This document shows positions 1-11,687 of a stretch of DNA of 64,000 nucleotides, piece after piece (the first letter of the stretch is position 1; each line of letters begins with the position of its first letter). The notes beneath the pieces are model-generated. The model was given only the letters and a program-made list of their open reading frames with translations. It was not told where the DNA came from and ran no database searches. Source of the stretch: Candidatus Atribacteria bacterium UBA6251 (GTDB taxonomy: Bacteria > Atribacterota > Phoenicimicrobiia > Phoenicimicrobiales > Phoenicimicrobiaceae). The DNA lies in contig DJVR01000034.1 of assembly GCA_002441285.1 (NCBI GenBank), positions 3,369-67,368 of the forward strand. The letters run 5' to 3'. The translations under genes and the position numbers were made by a program.

Positions 1-1531
1 AAAATTTTAATCCCATCATAACCATTCTAGCTACCCAGAAAAAGATAATGTCAAAACCGGTAACTAGTGTGGAAGTCGGATAAAAACTTTTCAAATCATC
101 GGTTTCTTCAGGCCATCCCAGAGTTGAGAAAGGCCAGAGGGCTGAGCTGAACCAGGTATCTAAAACATCGGGATCCTGAAATAAATTTTGGTTACCGCAT
201 TTTTTACATGAGGAAGGCTCGTATTCTTCTACATTTAAAGTTGAACAATCCTGACAATACCAAACTGGAATACGATGCCCCCACCATAGTTGTCTTGAAA
301 TACACCAATCTTTTATATTTTTCATCCATTCAAAATATACTTTAGTCCAGCGAGAAGGTATAAATTCAATTTTGCCCTCCTCTACCGCTGCAATAGCTGG
401 CTCAGCGAGTTCTTTCATTTTTACAAACCATTGCTTTGAAAGATAAGGCTCAATAACCGTATTACATCTATAACAATGTCCAACAGCATGATGATAATTT
501 TCAACTTTTTTAAGATATCCTTCATTTTTTAGGGCTTCTATTACTTCTTTCCTTGCTTCTTCAATATTTAAACCTTTAAATTTACCCGCCTGTTCATTTA
601 AAGTTCCATCTTCATTTAAAAGATTTATGAATTCAAGATTGTGCCGTTTGCCCATTTCATAATCATTAAGATCATGAGCAGGAGTAATTTTTACTGCTCC
701 AGTACCAAATTCTGGATCAACATAAGAGTCAGCAATAATAGATAATTCTCTTCCTACTAAAGGCAATATTGCAATTTTACCAATTAATCTTTTATATCTT
801 GGGTCATCAGGGTGAACTGCAACTGCTGTATCACCTAACATAGTTTCCGGTCTTACTGTAGCAACGGTAATATACTCACCACTATCTTTAATAGGATAAT
901 TTATATAATATAAATAAGCATCTTCTTCAACCGACTCTACTTCAATATCTGCTAAAGCAGTTTGGCACCTGGGGCACCAATTAATAACATAATTTTCTCG
1001 ATAAATTAAGCCTTCTTTATATAGTTGAACGAATACTTTTCTTACTGCTCGGGAAAGACCTTCATCTAAAGTAAATCTTAGACGCGACCAATCGCAGGAT
1101 GAACCTAGTCTCTTTAATTGATTGACAATATTTCCTCCATATTTCTCTTTCCATTGCCAAATCCGTTCTAAGAATTTTTCTCTCCCTAAATCATGTCTAG
1201 TCTTGTTTTCCTTGGAAATTTCTCTTTCTACTACATTTTGAGTAGCAATTCCAGCGTGATCAGTTCCTGGTAACCATAAAGTATTATATCCTTCCATCCT
1301 TTTCCATCTAATCAAAATATCCTGTAGAGTGTTATTTAAGGCATGACCAATATGTAGAGACCCAGTAACATTAGGAGGAGGTATTACTATCGAATAATTT
1401 TTTTCTTTATCCAATTGAATATGAGCTTTAAAATAATCTTTATCTAACCAGTATTGATACCATTTCTCTTCTAATCCTTTAGGATCATATACAGAGGGAA
1501 GATCGTTATTAAACATTTTTTTCATTTGCAT
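1..1531 (-). CDS. valS: Valyl-tRNA synthetase, N-terminal part (continues beyond window start)
   Basis: Minus-strand frame is open from about 1531 to position 1. Translation begins [29 protein letters not shown] and has the class I HIGH motif [14 protein letters not shown]. An AAGGAGG RBS sits at 1534-1540. Not in the ORF track because no stop lies in the window. Confidence 0.85.
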   Translation of the reverse strand, partial: MQMKKMFNNDLPSVYDPKGLEEKWYQYWLDKDYFKAHIQLDKEKNYSIVIPPPNVTGSLHIGHALNNTLQDILIRWKRMEGYNTLWLPGTDHAGIATQNVVEREISKENKTRHDLGREKFLERIWQWKEKYGGNIVNQLKRLGSSCDWSRLRFTLDEGLSRAVRKVFVQLYKEGLIYRENYVINWCPRCQTALADIEVESVEEDAYLYYINYPIKDSGEYITVATVRPETMLGDTAVAVHPDDPRYKRLIGKIAILPLVGRELSIIADSYVDPEFGTGAVKITPAHDLNDYEMGKRHNLEFINLLNEDGTLNEQAGKFKGLNIEEARKEVIEALKNEGYLKKVENYHHAVGHCYRCNTVIEPYLSKQWFVKMKELAEPAIAAVEEGKIEFIPSRWTKVYFEWMKNIKDWCISRQLWWGHRIPVWYCQDCSTLNVEEYEPSSCKKCGNQNLFQDPDVLDTWFSSALWPFSTLGWPEETDDLKSFYPTSTLVTGFDIIFFWVARMVMMGLKF

Positions 1532-1540
1532 TTCCTCCTT

Positions 1541-1860
1541 AGAAAAAATAAAAGACTCCTTCGTCAAGCAAGGACGAATGGAGCCTTTCCGTGGTACCAC
1601 CTTATTTCCTGTTTTTAAATATAAACTAAAGTAATATTTTAGACAGGCACTTATTTTAGTTTTAACGAAACTACCGTTTAACCTTACTTTTTTATTCGGG
1701 TTAAATTACCAGGGATGACTTTCGGATAAAGCCAACATTTCCTACTCTTCCCTGGATATTTATGGCTATATTTTTTGCTATATTACTATATTTTAAACAG
1801 CATGTCAAAAAATAATCAAATTTTATAATTTAAAAAAGTAATCTCTTTTTTGATGCCGAT
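1541..1860 (-). promoter_or_regulatory. T-box leader (tRNA-sensing riboswitch) upstream of valS
   Basis: Minus-strand RNA contains AAAUAAGGUGGUACCACGGAAAGG, matching the T-box consensus AAUUAGGGUGGUACCGCGG. It is followed by a terminator hairpin (CUCCAUUCGUCC...GACGAAGGAG) and UCUUUUAUUUUUU immediately before the valS RBS. About 320 nt of untranslated leader. Confidence 0.6.
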
Positions 1861-1874
1861 TCATCATAGACAAT

Positions 1875-4232
1875 TTAGAAAGGTGATCTAATCAGTGCAG
1901 TTTTTAATACTTCATCTATATTATTTACTGCAATAAAATTTATTTTTTTTCTAATTTGTTTCGGTATATCCTCAATATTTTTAATGTTCTCTTTTGGTAT
2001 GATTATGTTTTTAATACCTGATTGATAAGCAGCTAGTATCTTTTCTTTTAAACCACCTACTGGTAATACTCTGCCTCGCAAAGTAATTTCTCCCGTCATA
2101 GCTACATCTTTGCGAACCGGAATTTCAGTAAGGGATGATATTAGAGAAGTAGCCATTGTTATTCCAGCCGATGGTCCGTCTTTTGGCGTAGCGCCTTCTG
2201 GAATATGAACATGAATATCATAGTTTTCATAGAATTTATCTTCAATTTTAAATACTTTTGCACGTGAACGAGCATAAGTTAAGGCAGCTTTACCTGATTC
2301 TTGCATTATTTCTCCCAGTTGTCCAGTTAGAGTTAATTTACCTTTCCCCGGCATCACAATTGTTTCCACGGACAGAATTTCCCCTCCTGCTTCTGTCCAG
2401 GCTAACCCAGTAGCTAATCCTACCATATCTTCCTTTTCAGTTAAATTATTTTTATATTTTGGTTTTCCTAAATAATTTTCCAGATTGTTTAAGTTTATCC
2501 TAATTTTCTTCTTTTTATTATGGTAGGCAATATTTAATGCTACTTTTCTGCAAATAGAAGCAATTTCTTTCTCCAAACCCCTAACTCCTGCTTCACGAGT
2601 ATATTCGTGGATTATTTTTTTAATGGCTGGAAGAGAAATATCTATATCTTCTTTTTTAAATCCATGATTTTTTAATTGTTTGGGAAGCAAAAATAAACGA
2701 GCTATACTTATCTTTTCATAATCTGTATAGCCTGGAAGACTAATTACCTCCATTCTATCTCTAAGAGAAAAAGGTATATCTTCTTCTATATTGGCAGTAC
2801 AGATAAACATTGTTTCAGAAAGATCAAAAGGTAATTCTAAATAGTGGTCAACAAAGTTACTATTCTGCTCAGGATCTAATACTTCCAACAAAGCTGAAGC
2901 CGGATTACCTCTAAAGTCCATTCCCATTTTGTCTATTTCATCTAATAAAAAGACTGGGTTTTTTGAATGAGCATTGATAATACCCTTAATAATTCTGCCC
3001 GGCATTGAACCTATATAGGTTTTTCTATGTCCCCTAATTTCTGCTTCATCTCTTACTCCTCCTAAAGATATCATTACAAAATTTCTACCCATTGCTCGGG
3101 CAATAGATTTAGCCAGAGAAGTTTTACCAACTCCCGGTGGACCGACTAAACAGAGAATTGTTCCTTTATTCTTATTCTTTTTTAATTTTTTAACGGCCAA
3201 ATATTCAAGTATTCTTTCTTTTACTTCATTTAAGCCGTAGTGATCTTTATTTAATATTTTTTCCACATATTTTATATCTAATTTTTCTTTGCTCTTTTTA
3301 TTCCAAGGCAAGGATAAAACCCATTCTAAATAATTTAATATTATACCGCTTTCAGCTGATAGCGGTGGAGTCTTTTCTAATCTTTTGATTTCTTTGAATA
3401 GTCTATCTTCCAATTTTTGTTCAAGTTTTAATTTTTTAATTCTTTTTTTATATTCATCTACTTCATTATCTTCTTCTTCATATTCAATATCCTGGATAGA
3501 AAGCTCTTTTTGAATCTCTTTTAATTGTTCTTTGAGATAATAATCTTTTTGTAATTTTTCCAATTTATCTTCAACTTTATTGTTAATTTGTTGTTTCAAA
3601 TTTAAAATTGCTGTTTCTTTTTTTAATAATTTAATTATTTTTTCTAATCTTTTTACCGGGTCAATTGTTTCTAAAAGTTCCTGTTTTTCTTTAATTCTTA
3701 AAAATAGGTTAGCCGCAATCAAATCGGCCAACTTTTCAATCTTTTCTATATTTTGTAAAGAAGAAATTATTTCTACTGGTACTTTATCATTTAGCTTTGC
3801 ATATTTTTCAAATTCCTGAAGAGCCAATCTCATTAGTGCTTCATTCTCTAAGTTTTTACTGGATTTACCCTTAATTTTTTCAATTTTTGCTAGTATTAAG
3901 TTTTTATTCTTTTCCAAATCCATTAATCTTGCGCGATGTAGTCCTTCGATTAACACTTTTATACTATTGTCTGGTAATTTATAGATTTGAATTATTTTAG
4001 CTATGGTACCCACTGTAAAAAGGTTATCCTGCTCTATTTTTTCTATTTCCGGATTTTTTTGAGTTACTATAAATATATGATTATTTGAGCTAATTGCTTC
4101 CTCTAAAGAGTTCAATGATTCTTTACTTTCCTCAAAAAGAGGAATAATCATAGAGGGAAAGATCACTGAATCAATTATAGGCAATAAAGGAAGTGTGGTC
4201 TGATTTGATTTTTTATTTTTTAAATTATTCAT
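1875..4232 (-). CDS. lon: ATP-dependent Lon protease
   Basis: 785 aa. Lon N-domain, AAA+ Walker [11 protein letters not shown]-terminal Ser-Lys proteolytic domain ([11 protein letters not shown]). Confidence 0.95.
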   Translation of the reverse strand: MNNLKNKKSNQTTLPLLPIIDSVIFPSMIIPLFEESKESLNSLEEAISSNNHIFIVTQKNPEIEKIEQDNLFTVGTIAKIIQIYKLPDNSIKVLIEGLHRARLMDLEKNKNLILAKIEKIKGKSSKNLENEALMRLALQEFEKYAKLNDKVPVEIISSLQNIEKIEKLADLIAANLFLRIKEKQELLETIDPVKRLEKIIKLLKKETAILNLKQQINNKVEDKLEKLQKDYYLKEQLKEIQKELSIQDIEYEEEDNEVDEYKKRIKKLKLEQKLEDRLFKEIKRLEKTPPLSAESGIILNYLEWVLSLPWNKKSKEKLDIKYVEKILNKDHYGLNEVKERILEYLAVKKLKKNKNKGTILCLVGPPGVGKTSLAKSIARAMGRNFVMISLGGVRDEAEIRGHRKTYIGSMPGRIIKGIINAHSKNPVFLLDEIDKMGMDFRGNPASALLEVLDPEQNSNFVDHYLELPFDLSETMFICTANIEEDIPFSLRDRMEVISLPGYTDYEKISIARLFLLPKQLKNHGFKKEDIDISLPAIKKIIHEYTREAGVRGLEKEIASICRKVALNIAYHNKKKKIRINLNNLENYLGKPKYKNNLTEKEDMVGLATGLAWTEAGGEILSVETIVMPGKGKLTLTGQLGEIMQESGKAALTYARSRAKVFKIEDKFYENYDIHVHIPEGATPKDGPSAGITMATSLISSLTEIPVRKDVAMTGEITLRGRVLPVGGLKEKILAAYQSGIKNIIIPKENIKNIEDIPKQIRKKINFIAVNNIDEVLKTALIRSPF

Positions 4233-4345
4233 TCTTTATATTTGAATTCCCCTTCTACTTCGAACAAATAAAGTAATTAGTAATATAGAGAAATTAATTA
4301 CTTATTTTCTTATTATTAAAAGAATAATCATTATAGATTCTTGAT

Positions 4346-4930
4346 TTATTTTCTATTTTTGATTACTTCATCTATAATACCATATTCCTGAGCTTCAAGA
4401 GCAGTCATATAAAAATCTCGATCAGTATCTTTTTCAATTTTTTTTAATGGTTGCCCAGTATGTAAGGTAAATATCTTATTAATATTATCTTTAATTCTTT
4501 TTAGTTCTTTAGTTTGTATTTCGATATCAGTTACTTGTCCTTGTGCTCCACCCAGAGGTTGATGGACCATAATTCTAGAATTAGGTAAGGCATATCTTTT
4601 TCCCTTTGTTCCACTACATAAGATTAAAGCAGCTCCACTAGCTGCCATACCTACACAAATAGTGGATACCTTCGATTTAATATATTGTATAGTATCATAA
4701 ATGGCAATAGTCGAACTAACTGACCCACCTGGACTGTTAATGTAAATATAGATATCTTTATCCGAATCACTGGCATCCAAAAATAATAATTGAGCAATTA
4801 TAGTATTAGCTGTTGTATCATCAATTTCTGTTCCTAAAAAGATTATTCTATCTTTTAATAAACGCGAATATATATCATAGGACCTTTCTCCCTGAGGAGT
4901 CTGTTCTATTACTATCGGTACTAGGCTCAT
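4346..4930 (-). CDS. clpP: ATP-dependent Clp protease proteolytic subunit
   Basis: 194 aa. Typical ClpP sequence ([23 protein letters not shown]). Confidence 0.95.
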   Translation of the reverse strand: MSLVPIVIEQTPQGERSYDIYSRLLKDRIIFLGTEIDDTTANTIIAQLLFLDASDSDKDIYIYINSPGGSVSSTIAIYDTIQYIKSKVSTICVGMAASGAALILCSGTKGKRYALPNSRIMVHQPLGGAQGQVTDIEIQTKELKRIKDNINKIFTLHTGQPLKKIEKDTDRDFYMTALEAQEYGIIDEVIKNRK

Positions 4931-4932
4931 AA

Positions 4933-6243
4933 TTATTTTTTCTCCTTTCCAGAAGTGATAATTTTTACTTGTTTACTAAGATAATCGAGCGTTTTTTCTC
5001 TTTTTATGCTTTCTTTTAATGCTTCTAATGTATTTTCTTTTTTAAAACTTGCTTCAACTTTTAAAGGGTCTTGTTTTATTTCCTGAGCTATACTATTAAT
5101 TTTATTCTTTATATCTTCTTCATTTACCTCTAAGTTAAATTGTTTAGTTAACTGTTCTAAAACTAATTCTTCTTTGACTCTCTTTTCTGCAACTTTCTTA
5201 TATTCTTGTCTTACTTTTTCTTCATTAGAATTAATTCTTTTATAATATTCCTCTAAGCTAATATTCTGAGCTTTAAGATCATTTTCCAGGTATTTCATCA
5301 TATAATCAAGTTCTCTCTCGATGAGAACTTCAGGGACCTTTACTTCGCTAATTTCTGCAACTTTATCTAATAATATATGTTCAAAATTAATCTTATTAAT
5401 TCGATTAACTTGTTGTTCTAACCTTTTTCTAATTTCTTCTTCCAACTCATCTAAGCTTTGATAATTACCTATTTTTTTAATAAAATCATCGTTTATTTGT
5501 GGTAATTCTTTTTCTTTGATTTCAAGTACTTTTATTTTATAGGTTATTTCTTTACCAGCAAGATCCTTTTCCTGAGCATTTACGGGAACCTTTATCATTA
5601 TCTCTTTTTCTTCTCCAGGTGAACAGTTTAGTAATTGTTGATTAAATTCTTGAACAGGACTCTTTCCTAACTGGATAAGTTGTTTTTCTAATTTAGTTTT
5701 TTCTAAAGGTTCCCCTTCCAGGTAAGCCTCTGCATCAATAACCAAAAAGTCCCCTTCTTTTGATTTCCTATTTTCGATTACTTTTAGAACAGCTTGACTT
5801 TCTTGCAATCTTTTTAACTCAACCTGTATGTCTTCTTCGGAAACAGTTTGATCTTCTTTATTGATTTCCAACTCTTTTAAATTACCAATCTTTACTTCTG
5901 GTTTTAATTGCACTTTAGCTTCATAAATTAAGGATTTATCCTCTTCAATTTGAATAATATTAATTTCAGGTTGAGTAATTGGTTGAATATTTGATTCTTT
6001 TATCGCTTCACTATAACTTTCTGGAATAATTTCTTCAGCTAATTTTTGATAAAAATATTCTTTACCTAAGTGTAAATTTAAGATATTTTTAGGTACCCTT
6101 CCCTGTCTGAAACCAGGTATTCTTACTTGGTATGATAATTTATTATATAATTTTTCTAATTTATCACTTACTACAGCTTGGTCAATTTCTATTTCTAAAT
6201 TAACCTTGTCCTGCTGCTGTTCTTTTATTTTTAATTTTACCAT
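4933..6243 (-). CDS. tig: Trigger factor
   Basis: 436 aa. N-terminal ribosome-binding signature GFRQGRVP, and the tig-clpP-lon gene order. Confidence 0.9.
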   Translation of the reverse strand: MVKLKIKEQQQDKVNLEIEIDQAVVSDKLEKLYNKLSYQVRIPGFRQGRVPKNILNLHLGKEYFYQKLAEEIIPESYSEAIKESNIQPITQPEINIIQIEEDKSLIYEAKVQLKPEVKIGNLKELEINKEDQTVSEEDIQVELKRLQESQAVLKVIENRKSKEGDFLVIDAEAYLEGEPLEKTKLEKQLIQLGKSPVQEFNQQLLNCSPGEEKEIMIKVPVNAQEKDLAGKEITYKIKVLEIKEKELPQINDDFIKKIGNYQSLDELEEEIRKRLEQQVNRINKINFEHILLDKVAEISEVKVPEVLIERELDYMMKYLENDLKAQNISLEEYYKRINSNEEKVRQEYKKVAEKRVKEELVLEQLTKQFNLEVNEEDIKNKINSIAQEIKQDPLKVEASFKKENTLEALKESIKREKTLDYLSKQVKIITSGKEKK

Positions 6244-6385
6244 TATTAATATTCCTCCGCTATATTTTCTTCAAGTAAATAAGTTAGATATTTATTTATT
6301 TTTTATATTAAATTACAACCGCAAATAAATTTGCGGTTGTAAAACTATCATCATAAATTTTTAAATCTGTTTTAATCATTTTCTC

Positions 6386-6470
6386 TGGTGCGAAGGGCGG
6401 GACTCGAACCCGCATGGTTTTACCCACTGGATCCTAAGTCCAGCGTGTCTACCAATTCCACCACCCTCGC
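6386..6470 (-). tRNA. tRNA-Leu (anticodon TAG), long variable arm, CCA encoded
   Basis: Reverse complement gives GCGAGGGTGG...CTGGACTTAGGATCCAG...GGTTCGAGTCCCGCCCTTCGCACCA. Anticodon loop CTTAGGA. Confidence 0.85.
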
Positions 6471-6484
6471 TATAATAATTTAAA

Positions 6485-6560
6485 TGGTGGGCCGTACAGG
6501 ATTCGAACCTGTGACACCCTGATTAAAAGTCAGGTGCTCTGCCACCTGAGCTAACGGCCC
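6485..6560 (-). tRNA. tRNA-Lys (anticodon TTT), CCA encoded
   Basis: Reverse complement GGGCCGTTAGCTCAGGTGGCAGAGCACCTGACTTTTAATCAGGGTGTCACAGGTTCGAATCCTGTACGGCCCACCA. Confidence 0.9.
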
Positions 6561-6567
6561 ATATAAG

Positions 6568-6641
6568 CGCGCTCGGAGGGACTTGAACCCCCAACCATCG
6601 GATCCGAAGTCCGCAGCTCTATCCAATTAAGCTACGAGCGC
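6568..6641 (-). tRNA. tRNA-Arg (anticodon TCG), no encoded CCA
   Basis: Reverse complement GCGCTCGTAGCTTAATTGGATAGAGCTGCGGACTTCGGATCCGATGGTTGGGGGTTCAAGTCCCTCCGAGCGCG. Anticodon loop CTTCGGA with U33. Confidence 0.8.
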
Positions 6642-6664
6642 TTAAATAAAAGCTTTACTTAAAG

Positions 6665-6740
6665 GGTGAGCGAGGGGATTTGAACCCCCGACCACTGGAG
6701 CCACAATCCAGTGCTCTAACCAGTCTGAGCTACGCCCACC
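6665..6740 (-). tRNA. tRNA-His (anticodon GTG) with the extra 5' G(-1)
   Basis: Reverse complement GGTGGGCGTAGCTCAGACTGGTTAGAGCACTGGATTGTGGCTCCAGTGGTCGGGGGTTCAAATCCCCTCGCTCACC. Anticodon loop TTGTGGC. G-1 and discriminator C are characteristic of tRNA-His. Confidence 0.85.
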
Positions 6741-6756
6741 ATAATAATATAATAAG

Positions 6757-6830
<74 letters not shown>

Positions 6831-6842
6831 AGGTTTAGCATC

Positions 6843-6918
6843 TGGAGCGGGAAACGGGTTTCGAACCCGCGACACCCAGCTTGGAAGGCTGGTGCTCTGC
6901 CAACTGAGCTATTCCCGC
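6843..6918 (-). tRNA. tRNA-Gly (anticodon TCC), CCA encoded
   Basis: Reverse complement GCGGGAATAGCTCAGTTGGCAGAGCACCAGCCTTCCAAGCTGGGTGTCGCGGGTTCGAAACCCGTTTCCCGCTCCA. Confidence 0.9.
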
Positions 6919-6919
6919 C

Positions 6920-6996
<77 letters not shown>

Positions 6997-7057
6997 AAAC
7001 AAAAGTTATTATATAAGAAATATTGAGATAAGTCAATCAAAAAATATGGTAAATATA

Positions 7058-7651
7058 TTATTCTTTCCCCATTAAGTTTTCTAGAATTTGTTTCATTTGT
7101 TTCAAGGCTTTAGCTCGATGGCTAATTTTGTTTTTTATCTCTTCACCTAATTCAGCAAAAGTCCTATTATATTCAGGTACTATAAAAATAGGATCATATC
7201 CAAATCCATTACTTCCTCGCGGTGAGGTAGCAATAATTCCCATGCATTCACCCTCTATTATATAACTTTTTCCTTCTGGAAAGAATAGTGCTAATGCACA
7301 AATAAATTTTGCCTTTCTTCGTTTTTTCGGTACACCCTTTAATAAATTTAAAACTTTTTGAATTCGTTCTTTATCACTTTTCCCCCAGCGGGCGGATAAT
7401 ATTCCTGGTTTTCCTCCTAAATATTCTATTGCTAATCCAGAATCATCGGCTAAGCATATTTTTCCGGTAAGTTTAGAAATAAACTCTGCTTTTTTAAGGG
7501 CATTTTCCTGAAAACTTTGACCATCTTCTTTTATTTCTGGTAAATCATAAAAATCATTTAAACTTAAAATTTTTATATTAGTATTTTTTAAAATATCCTT
7601 TATCTCTTTGATTTTACCAGAATTTTTAGAAGCAATAAGTAATTCTAACAT
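7058..7651 (-). CDS. rdgB: Non-canonical purine NTP pyrophosphatase (RdgB/HAM1, ITPase)
   Basis: 197 aa. HAM1 family signatures (SGKIKEI, FGYDPIF). Overlaps rph as in the usual rph-rdgB operon. Confidence 0.85.
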   Translation of the reverse strand: MLELLIASKNSGKIKEIKDILKNTNIKILSLNDFYDLPEIKEDGQSFQENALKKAEFISKLTGKICLADDSGLAIEYLGGKPGILSARWGKSDKERIQKVLNLLKGVPKKRRKAKFICALALFFPEGKSYIIEGECMGIIATSPRGSNGFGYDPIFIVPEYNRTFAELGEEIKNKISHRAKALKQMKQILENLMGKE

Positions 7652-8370
7652 ATATCTTTTAAGATTTCTTTTTCTTTTTCGATTACCATTTCAATACCAT
7701 ATTCACCTAATTTAATTAACTCTAACAAATTTCTTTTAGAAAAAGGTCTTCCTTCAGCAGTCCCTTGTATTTCTATGATTTCTCCTTTTTCCGTCATTAC
7801 CAAGTTTAAATCTACTTGTGCACGAGAATCTTCATCAAAATTTAAGTCTAATAACATTTCTCCATCTACGATCCCCATACTGATCGCTCCCAAATATTCT
7901 TTGATAGGAATCTTCTGTAATTGTCCTTCTGCCTTTAGGTAATTTAAAGCATCATATAGGGCAATAAAAGAACCGATAATAGAAGCAATTCTAGTTCCTC
8001 CATCTGCTTGCAACACATCACAATCTATCCAGATAGTTCTCTCTCCTAATTCTTCTAAATCTACTACCGCTCTTAAAGCTCTACCAATCAATCTTTGGAT
8101 TTCTGAAGACCTTCCATTAATTTTACCTTTTATGGAATCACGGATATTTCTTATCTGATTAGCACGAGGAATCATCGAATATTCTGCTGAAATCCAACCT
8201 TTTTTAGTTCCTCGTAAAAAAATTGGCGTTTTATCTTCTACGGAGGCAGTACAGACTATTTTGGTATCTCCCATTTCTATCAAAACAGATCCCTCAGCAT
8301 ATTTAATATAATTTCTATTTACCTTAATGGGTCTTATTTCATTAAATTTTCGATTATTACTCCTTAACAT
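7645..8370 (-). CDS. rph: Ribonuclease PH
   Basis: 241 aa. RNase PH sequence ([11 protein letters not shown], phosphorolytic exoribonuclease fold). Confidence 0.9.
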   Translation of the reverse strand: MLRSNNRKFNEIRPIKVNRNYIKYAEGSVLIEMGDTKIVCTASVEDKTPIFLRGTKKGWISAEYSMIPRANQIRNIRDSIKGKINGRSSEIQRLIGRALRAVVDLEELGERTIWIDCDVLQADGGTRIASIIGSFIALYDALNYLKAEGQLQKIPIKEYLGAISMGIVDGEMLLDLNFDEDSRAQVDLNLVMTEKGEIIEIQGTAEGRPFSKRNLLELIKLGEYGIEMVIEKEKEILKDIC

Positions 8371-8400
8371 TTTAGTTTCCTCTTCTTATAAATAATTCCT

Positions 8401-9261
8401 TTATTTTTCTCTAGATAAAATATAGTCTGCTAGAGAATTCAACATTGCAGATTTTTCTCCGAATATTTTTATCGACTTTTTAGCCTCCTGGATCAAATTT
8501 TCTACTATTTTTCTTGATTCCTTTAAGCCAAATTTGTGAGGATAAGTATATTTTTTCATCTCTCTTTGATCTTGCATTAAATCTAATATATCATCAGTTA
8601 TTTGAAAAGACAAACCAATGTTTTGCCCATATTTAGTTAAAGCTTTTAGTTCTTCTTTATTTGCTGCACAAAGTAGAGCTGCCCCACGAATAGTAGCACA
8701 GATAAGAGAGGCAGTTTTTTTCTCATACAGTTTAAAAAAACCTTCTCTGGTAGCATTTTCTTCTTGCATAGTTATATCTTCAATTTGCCCCCCCAATAAA
8801 TTTTCTGTTCCTAAATAATGAGTAAGTTCCTTCAGAACTTTTAAAACTGTTGATTTTTTTATTCCTTTAATTTCTTCATTTTTTAAAATAGCTTGTATAC
8901 CTAAAATCATTAGGGCATCTCCAGTTAGGATCGCAATATCTTCGCCAAACACTTTATGACAGCTGGGTTTACCTCTTCTAAAATCATCATTATCAATAGA
9001 GGGTAAATCATCATGAATTAAAGAAAAAGTATGAATAAGTTCAATTCCACAGGCAAAATAGATTACCTTTTCCCATTTTTCTCCTAAAATTTCTGCAGTC
9101 ATTAAAGCTAAAAAAGGTCTTAACCTCTTCCCTCCACTAAAAACACTATAACGCATCGCTTGATGAATTATAGCCGGTTCCATCCCTTCTTCAGGTAAAA
9201 TTTTATTTAGAGTATTATCAATAATTATCCTTTTTTCTTCAAGATATTTTTCAAGATTCAT
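8401..9261 (-). CDS. ispA: Polyprenyl (farnesyl/geranylgeranyl) diphosphate synthase
   Basis: 286 aa. Two Asp-rich motifs (LIHDDLPSIDNDDFRRG and ITDDILD). Confidence 0.85.
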   Translation of the reverse strand: MNLEKYLEEKRIIIDNTLNKILPEEGMEPAIIHQAMRYSVFSGGKRLRPFLALMTAEILGEKWEKVIYFACGIELIHTFSLIHDDLPSIDNDDFRRGKPSCHKVFGEDIAILTGDALMILGIQAILKNEEIKGIKKSTVLKVLKELTHYLGTENLLGGQIEDITMQEENATREGFFKLYEKKTASLICATIRGAALLCAANKEELKALTKYGQNIGLSFQITDDILDLMQDQREMKKYTYPHKFGLKESRKIVENLIQEAKKSIKIFGEKSAMLNSLADYILSREK

Positions 9262-9520
9262 TATTACTGTTTTCTCCTTTATTTATAGAAAAAGGATTGA
9301 GAGAATATTCTCCTTCGCCTTTGATTACCAACTCTTCAACTCTTTGCTTAGCTTGGTCTAACATTTTTAGACATATCTTTGAGATATTCATACCTTCCTG
9401 GTATAATTCTACTGATTCATCCAGAGTTAATTCTCCTTCTTCCAATTGTTGAACGATCTTTTCTAATTTTTCTAAATAATCTTCAAATTTCATTTTTTGA
9501 TTATCTTTTTTACTTTTCAA
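9251..9520 (-). CDS. xseB: Exodeoxyribonuclease VII small subunit
   Basis: 89 aa. XseB helical signature (FEDYLEKLEKIVQQLEEGELTLDESVELYQEG). Overlaps xseA. Confidence 0.85.
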   Translation of the reverse strand: MKSKKDNQKMKFEDYLEKLEKIVQQLEEGELTLDESVELYQEGMNISKICLKMLDQAKQRVEELVIKGEGEYSLNPFSINKGENSNNES

Positions 9521-10748
9521 GTTTGAGAGCCTCCTTTTGGTTTATTTGTCCGTAAAGCTTTCCGTTACTGATAATTATTTCTATTTGGTTGCCAGACTCT
9601 ACCTGTTCAATTTTTTTAATTATCTCTAAATCTGGGTATCTTCTACAAATACTATATCCTCTTTGTATAACTGCCCAAGGGTTTAGAGCGGTTAATCTCT
9701 GGATATCTTTATTCACTTTTTCATTTAACCACTGAATTTGATAATTCATTTGGTTATTCATTCGGTTAATTATCTCATCTAAATGTTGATAATGTTGGTT
9801 AATCTTATTCTCAGGGTTATAAAAATTGATGGTTTTTTTTAAGGAATTCATATTTTCCTGGTATATTTCCATTCTTCTATTAATAGCTCTATTTAATTTC
9901 CCTACTATTAGATTTAGATGGTAAATTAATTTATCCTTTTCGGGAATTGTCATTTCAGCTGCTGCAGAAGGAGTAGGAGCGCGTAAATCTGCTACAAAAT
10001 CAGCAATAGTGAAATCTGTTTCATGACCAACTGCGGATACAATAGGAATCATTGAACGATAAATACTACGCGCAAGTATTTCTTCATTAAAAGCCCATAA
10101 TTCTTCTAATGAGCCACCTCCGCGTCCCACTATAATAAAATCTAAATCATAAAAGTTTTGATTTAAAAAATCAATTTTTTGGGCAATTTCCCGGGCAGCT
10201 TGAACGCCCTGGACTAAAGATGGTACCACTAAAATAGAAAGATTGGGAAATCTTCTCAGAGAAATAGTAATAATATCACGAATTGCAGCTCCAGTAGGAG
10301 AGGTAATTACCGCAATTTTTTGGGGTAAAAAGGGTAATTTTTTCTTTCTTTCTTCCAAAAATAGACCTTCATTTCTTAGCTTTTCTTTCAACTTTTCAAA
10401 AGCTAAGTAGAGTTCTCCTTTGCCTGATTCAATAATCATCCGAGCATATAACTGATAGTCCCCTTTTCTTTCATAAATTTTTATATCTCCCAGCACCTTT
10501 ACCTTCATACCATCCTGAGGAATAAATTTCAGATTAAAATTATTGCCCTTAAACATTACACATTTAATCTGGCTTTCTTCATCTTTTAAGATAAAGTACA
10601 TATGGCCAGAGGAGTGAAATTTAAAATTAGAAATTTCACCTAAAACCCAAATATTTTGTAAATTATCATCACTTTCAAATAGGGTTTTTAAATATTTATT
10701 AACTTTAGATACGGTATATATATTTTTCTCTAAAAAGTTATTATTCAT
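9510..10748 (-). CDS. xseA: Exodeoxyribonuclease VII large subunit
   Basis: 412 aa. N-terminal OB fold and ExoVII catalytic core. nusB-xseA-xseB-ispA synteny. Confidence 0.85.
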   Translation of the reverse strand: MNNNFLEKNIYTVSKVNKYLKTLFESDDNLQNIWVLGEISNFKFHSSGHMYFILKDEESQIKCVMFKGNNFNLKFIPQDGMKVKVLGDIKIYERKGDYQLYARMIIESGKGELYLAFEKLKEKLRNEGLFLEERKKKLPFLPQKIAVITSPTGAAIRDIITISLRRFPNLSILVVPSLVQGVQAAREIAQKIDFLNQNFYDLDFIIVGRGGGSLEELWAFNEEILARSIYRSMIPIVSAVGHETDFTIADFVADLRAPTPSAAAEMTIPEKDKLIYHLNLIVGKLNRAINRRMEIYQENMNSLKKTINFYNPENKINQHYQHLDEIINRMNNQMNYQIQWLNEKVNKDIQRLTALNPWAVIQRGYSICRRYPDLEIIKKIEQVESGNQIEIIISNGKLYGQINQKEALKLEK

Positions 10749-11161
10749 CTTTCTCTTTTAAAAATACTTTTATTTACCTTGCCTAAAATTCCATTTACAA
10801 AGATAAAAGAATTTTCAGTACCATATTTTTTTGCTAATTCTATTGCCTCGTTAATAGATACACTGCGCGGAATATCTTCTCTATATAAGATTTCAAAAAT
10901 AGCAATGCGAAGAATATTTCGATCAATATGATTTATCCTTTCTAAAGACCAATTATCGGTATGCTCTTTGATAATCGTATTAATTTCAGTAAGGTTTAAC
11001 ATTACCCCTTCAACCAGGGAAAGGGTAAAATCCCATATCTCCTGATTAGGATGATACATCTCCCAAATAAATTTTAAACTTTCTTCCAAATTAGCATTGA
11101 CTAAATCAATTGGAAATAAGACTTGAAGCGCTAACTCTCTAGATACTCTCCTGTTTCCCAT
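10745..11161 (-). CDS. nusB: Transcription antitermination factor NusB
   Basis: 138 aa. NusB sequence (RELALQVLF...RNILRIAIFEILY). Confidence 0.9.
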   Translation of the reverse strand: MGNRRVSRELALQVLFPIDLVNANLEESLKFIWEMYHPNQEIWDFTLSLVEGVMLNLTEINTIIKEHTDNWSLERINHIDRNILRIAIFEILYREDIPRSVSINEAIELAKKYGTENSFIFVNGILGKVNKSIFKRER

Positions 11162-11192
11162 TTTAATCTCCTGCGAATTGAAGTTACTTTTT

Positions 11193-11630
11193 TTATATTA
11201 CTTGAATAGATAGATCTGATAAAATTAAGTCTTTTTTCCTAAAATGATTATTTGGAAAGTAGATACCTTGAATGTGTATATTTATTTCTAAATCGTCTAT
11301 TGCAAGTTTATGTACGATTTCTTCTTTTATTTTACTCTGAATTTCCCAGGCTAAATCTGGAATTCTTATTCCATATAGAATGGTTAAAAATAATTCAATT
11401 AATATGTTTTGCTCTTTGGTTTCTATTTTTATCTCAATATTTTTGTCTTTATTATTTTGTTTTTCCTCTTCTTTTATCATTTCTAGATTAGAAAAATTAT
11501 TTATTTTTCTAATTTTATTTTTTTCTTTCTCTATTATGCCTTTAACCTTCCTTATTTTTAACATAATAAGTTGTTCAATCACTTCATTTTCAATAATTAT
11601 TTTCCCATATTCACTTTTTATATTGAGCAT
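11193..11630 (-). CDS. Asp23/Gls24-family (alkaline shock-like) protein
   Basis: 145 aa. Weak family resemblance. Sits in the Firmicutes Asp23(yqhY)-nusB position. Confidence 0.45.
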   Translation of the reverse strand: MLNIKSEYGKIIIENEVIEQLIMLKIRKVKGIIEKEKNKIRKINNFSNLEMIKEEEKQNNKDKNIEIKIETKEQNILIELFLTILYGIRIPDLAWEIQSKIKEEIVHKLAIDDLEINIHIQGIYFPNNHFRKKDLILSDLSIQVI

Positions 11631-11687
11631 TTTTTATTTCCTTTTCTATTGGAAAAAAGACTTTTCTATAAAACCTTAAGCAAAATC

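Noticed and set aside
3580-3819. Plus-strand ORFs in the track: 3580-3819, 6816-7016, 8618-8818, 11252-11756, 12362-12544, 15185-15415, 16816-17164, 18973-20421, 21174-21641, 22439-24195, 24387-24844, 26049-27520, 29985-32098, 32743-33553, 34713-34964, 37904-38185, 41747-41947, 42524-42718, 43032-43271, 46109-46309, 50670-50906, 52742-53314, 54360-54686, 58410-58604, 60686-60931 and 61659-61910
   Set aside because: Each one lies antisense inside a well-supported minus-strand gene, or inside the tRNA cluster. They have low-complexity, Phe/Leu/Ile-rich or Ser/Cys-rich translations typical of reverse-frame artefacts in AT-rich DNA. None resembles a known protein.
4233-4345. Absence of clpX between clpP and lon
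   Set aside because: This is a gene-order difference from the common tig-clpP-clpX-lon arrangement. clpX may simply be elsewhere. Nothing in the sequence points to a deletion scar.
6309-6336. Hairpin ACAACCGCAAATAAATTTGCGGTTGT between the tRNA cluster and tig as a terminator
   Set aside because: It is a perfect stem, but it lacks a convincing U-tract on either strand. It may be an RNA processing or attenuation site and was not called as a terminator.
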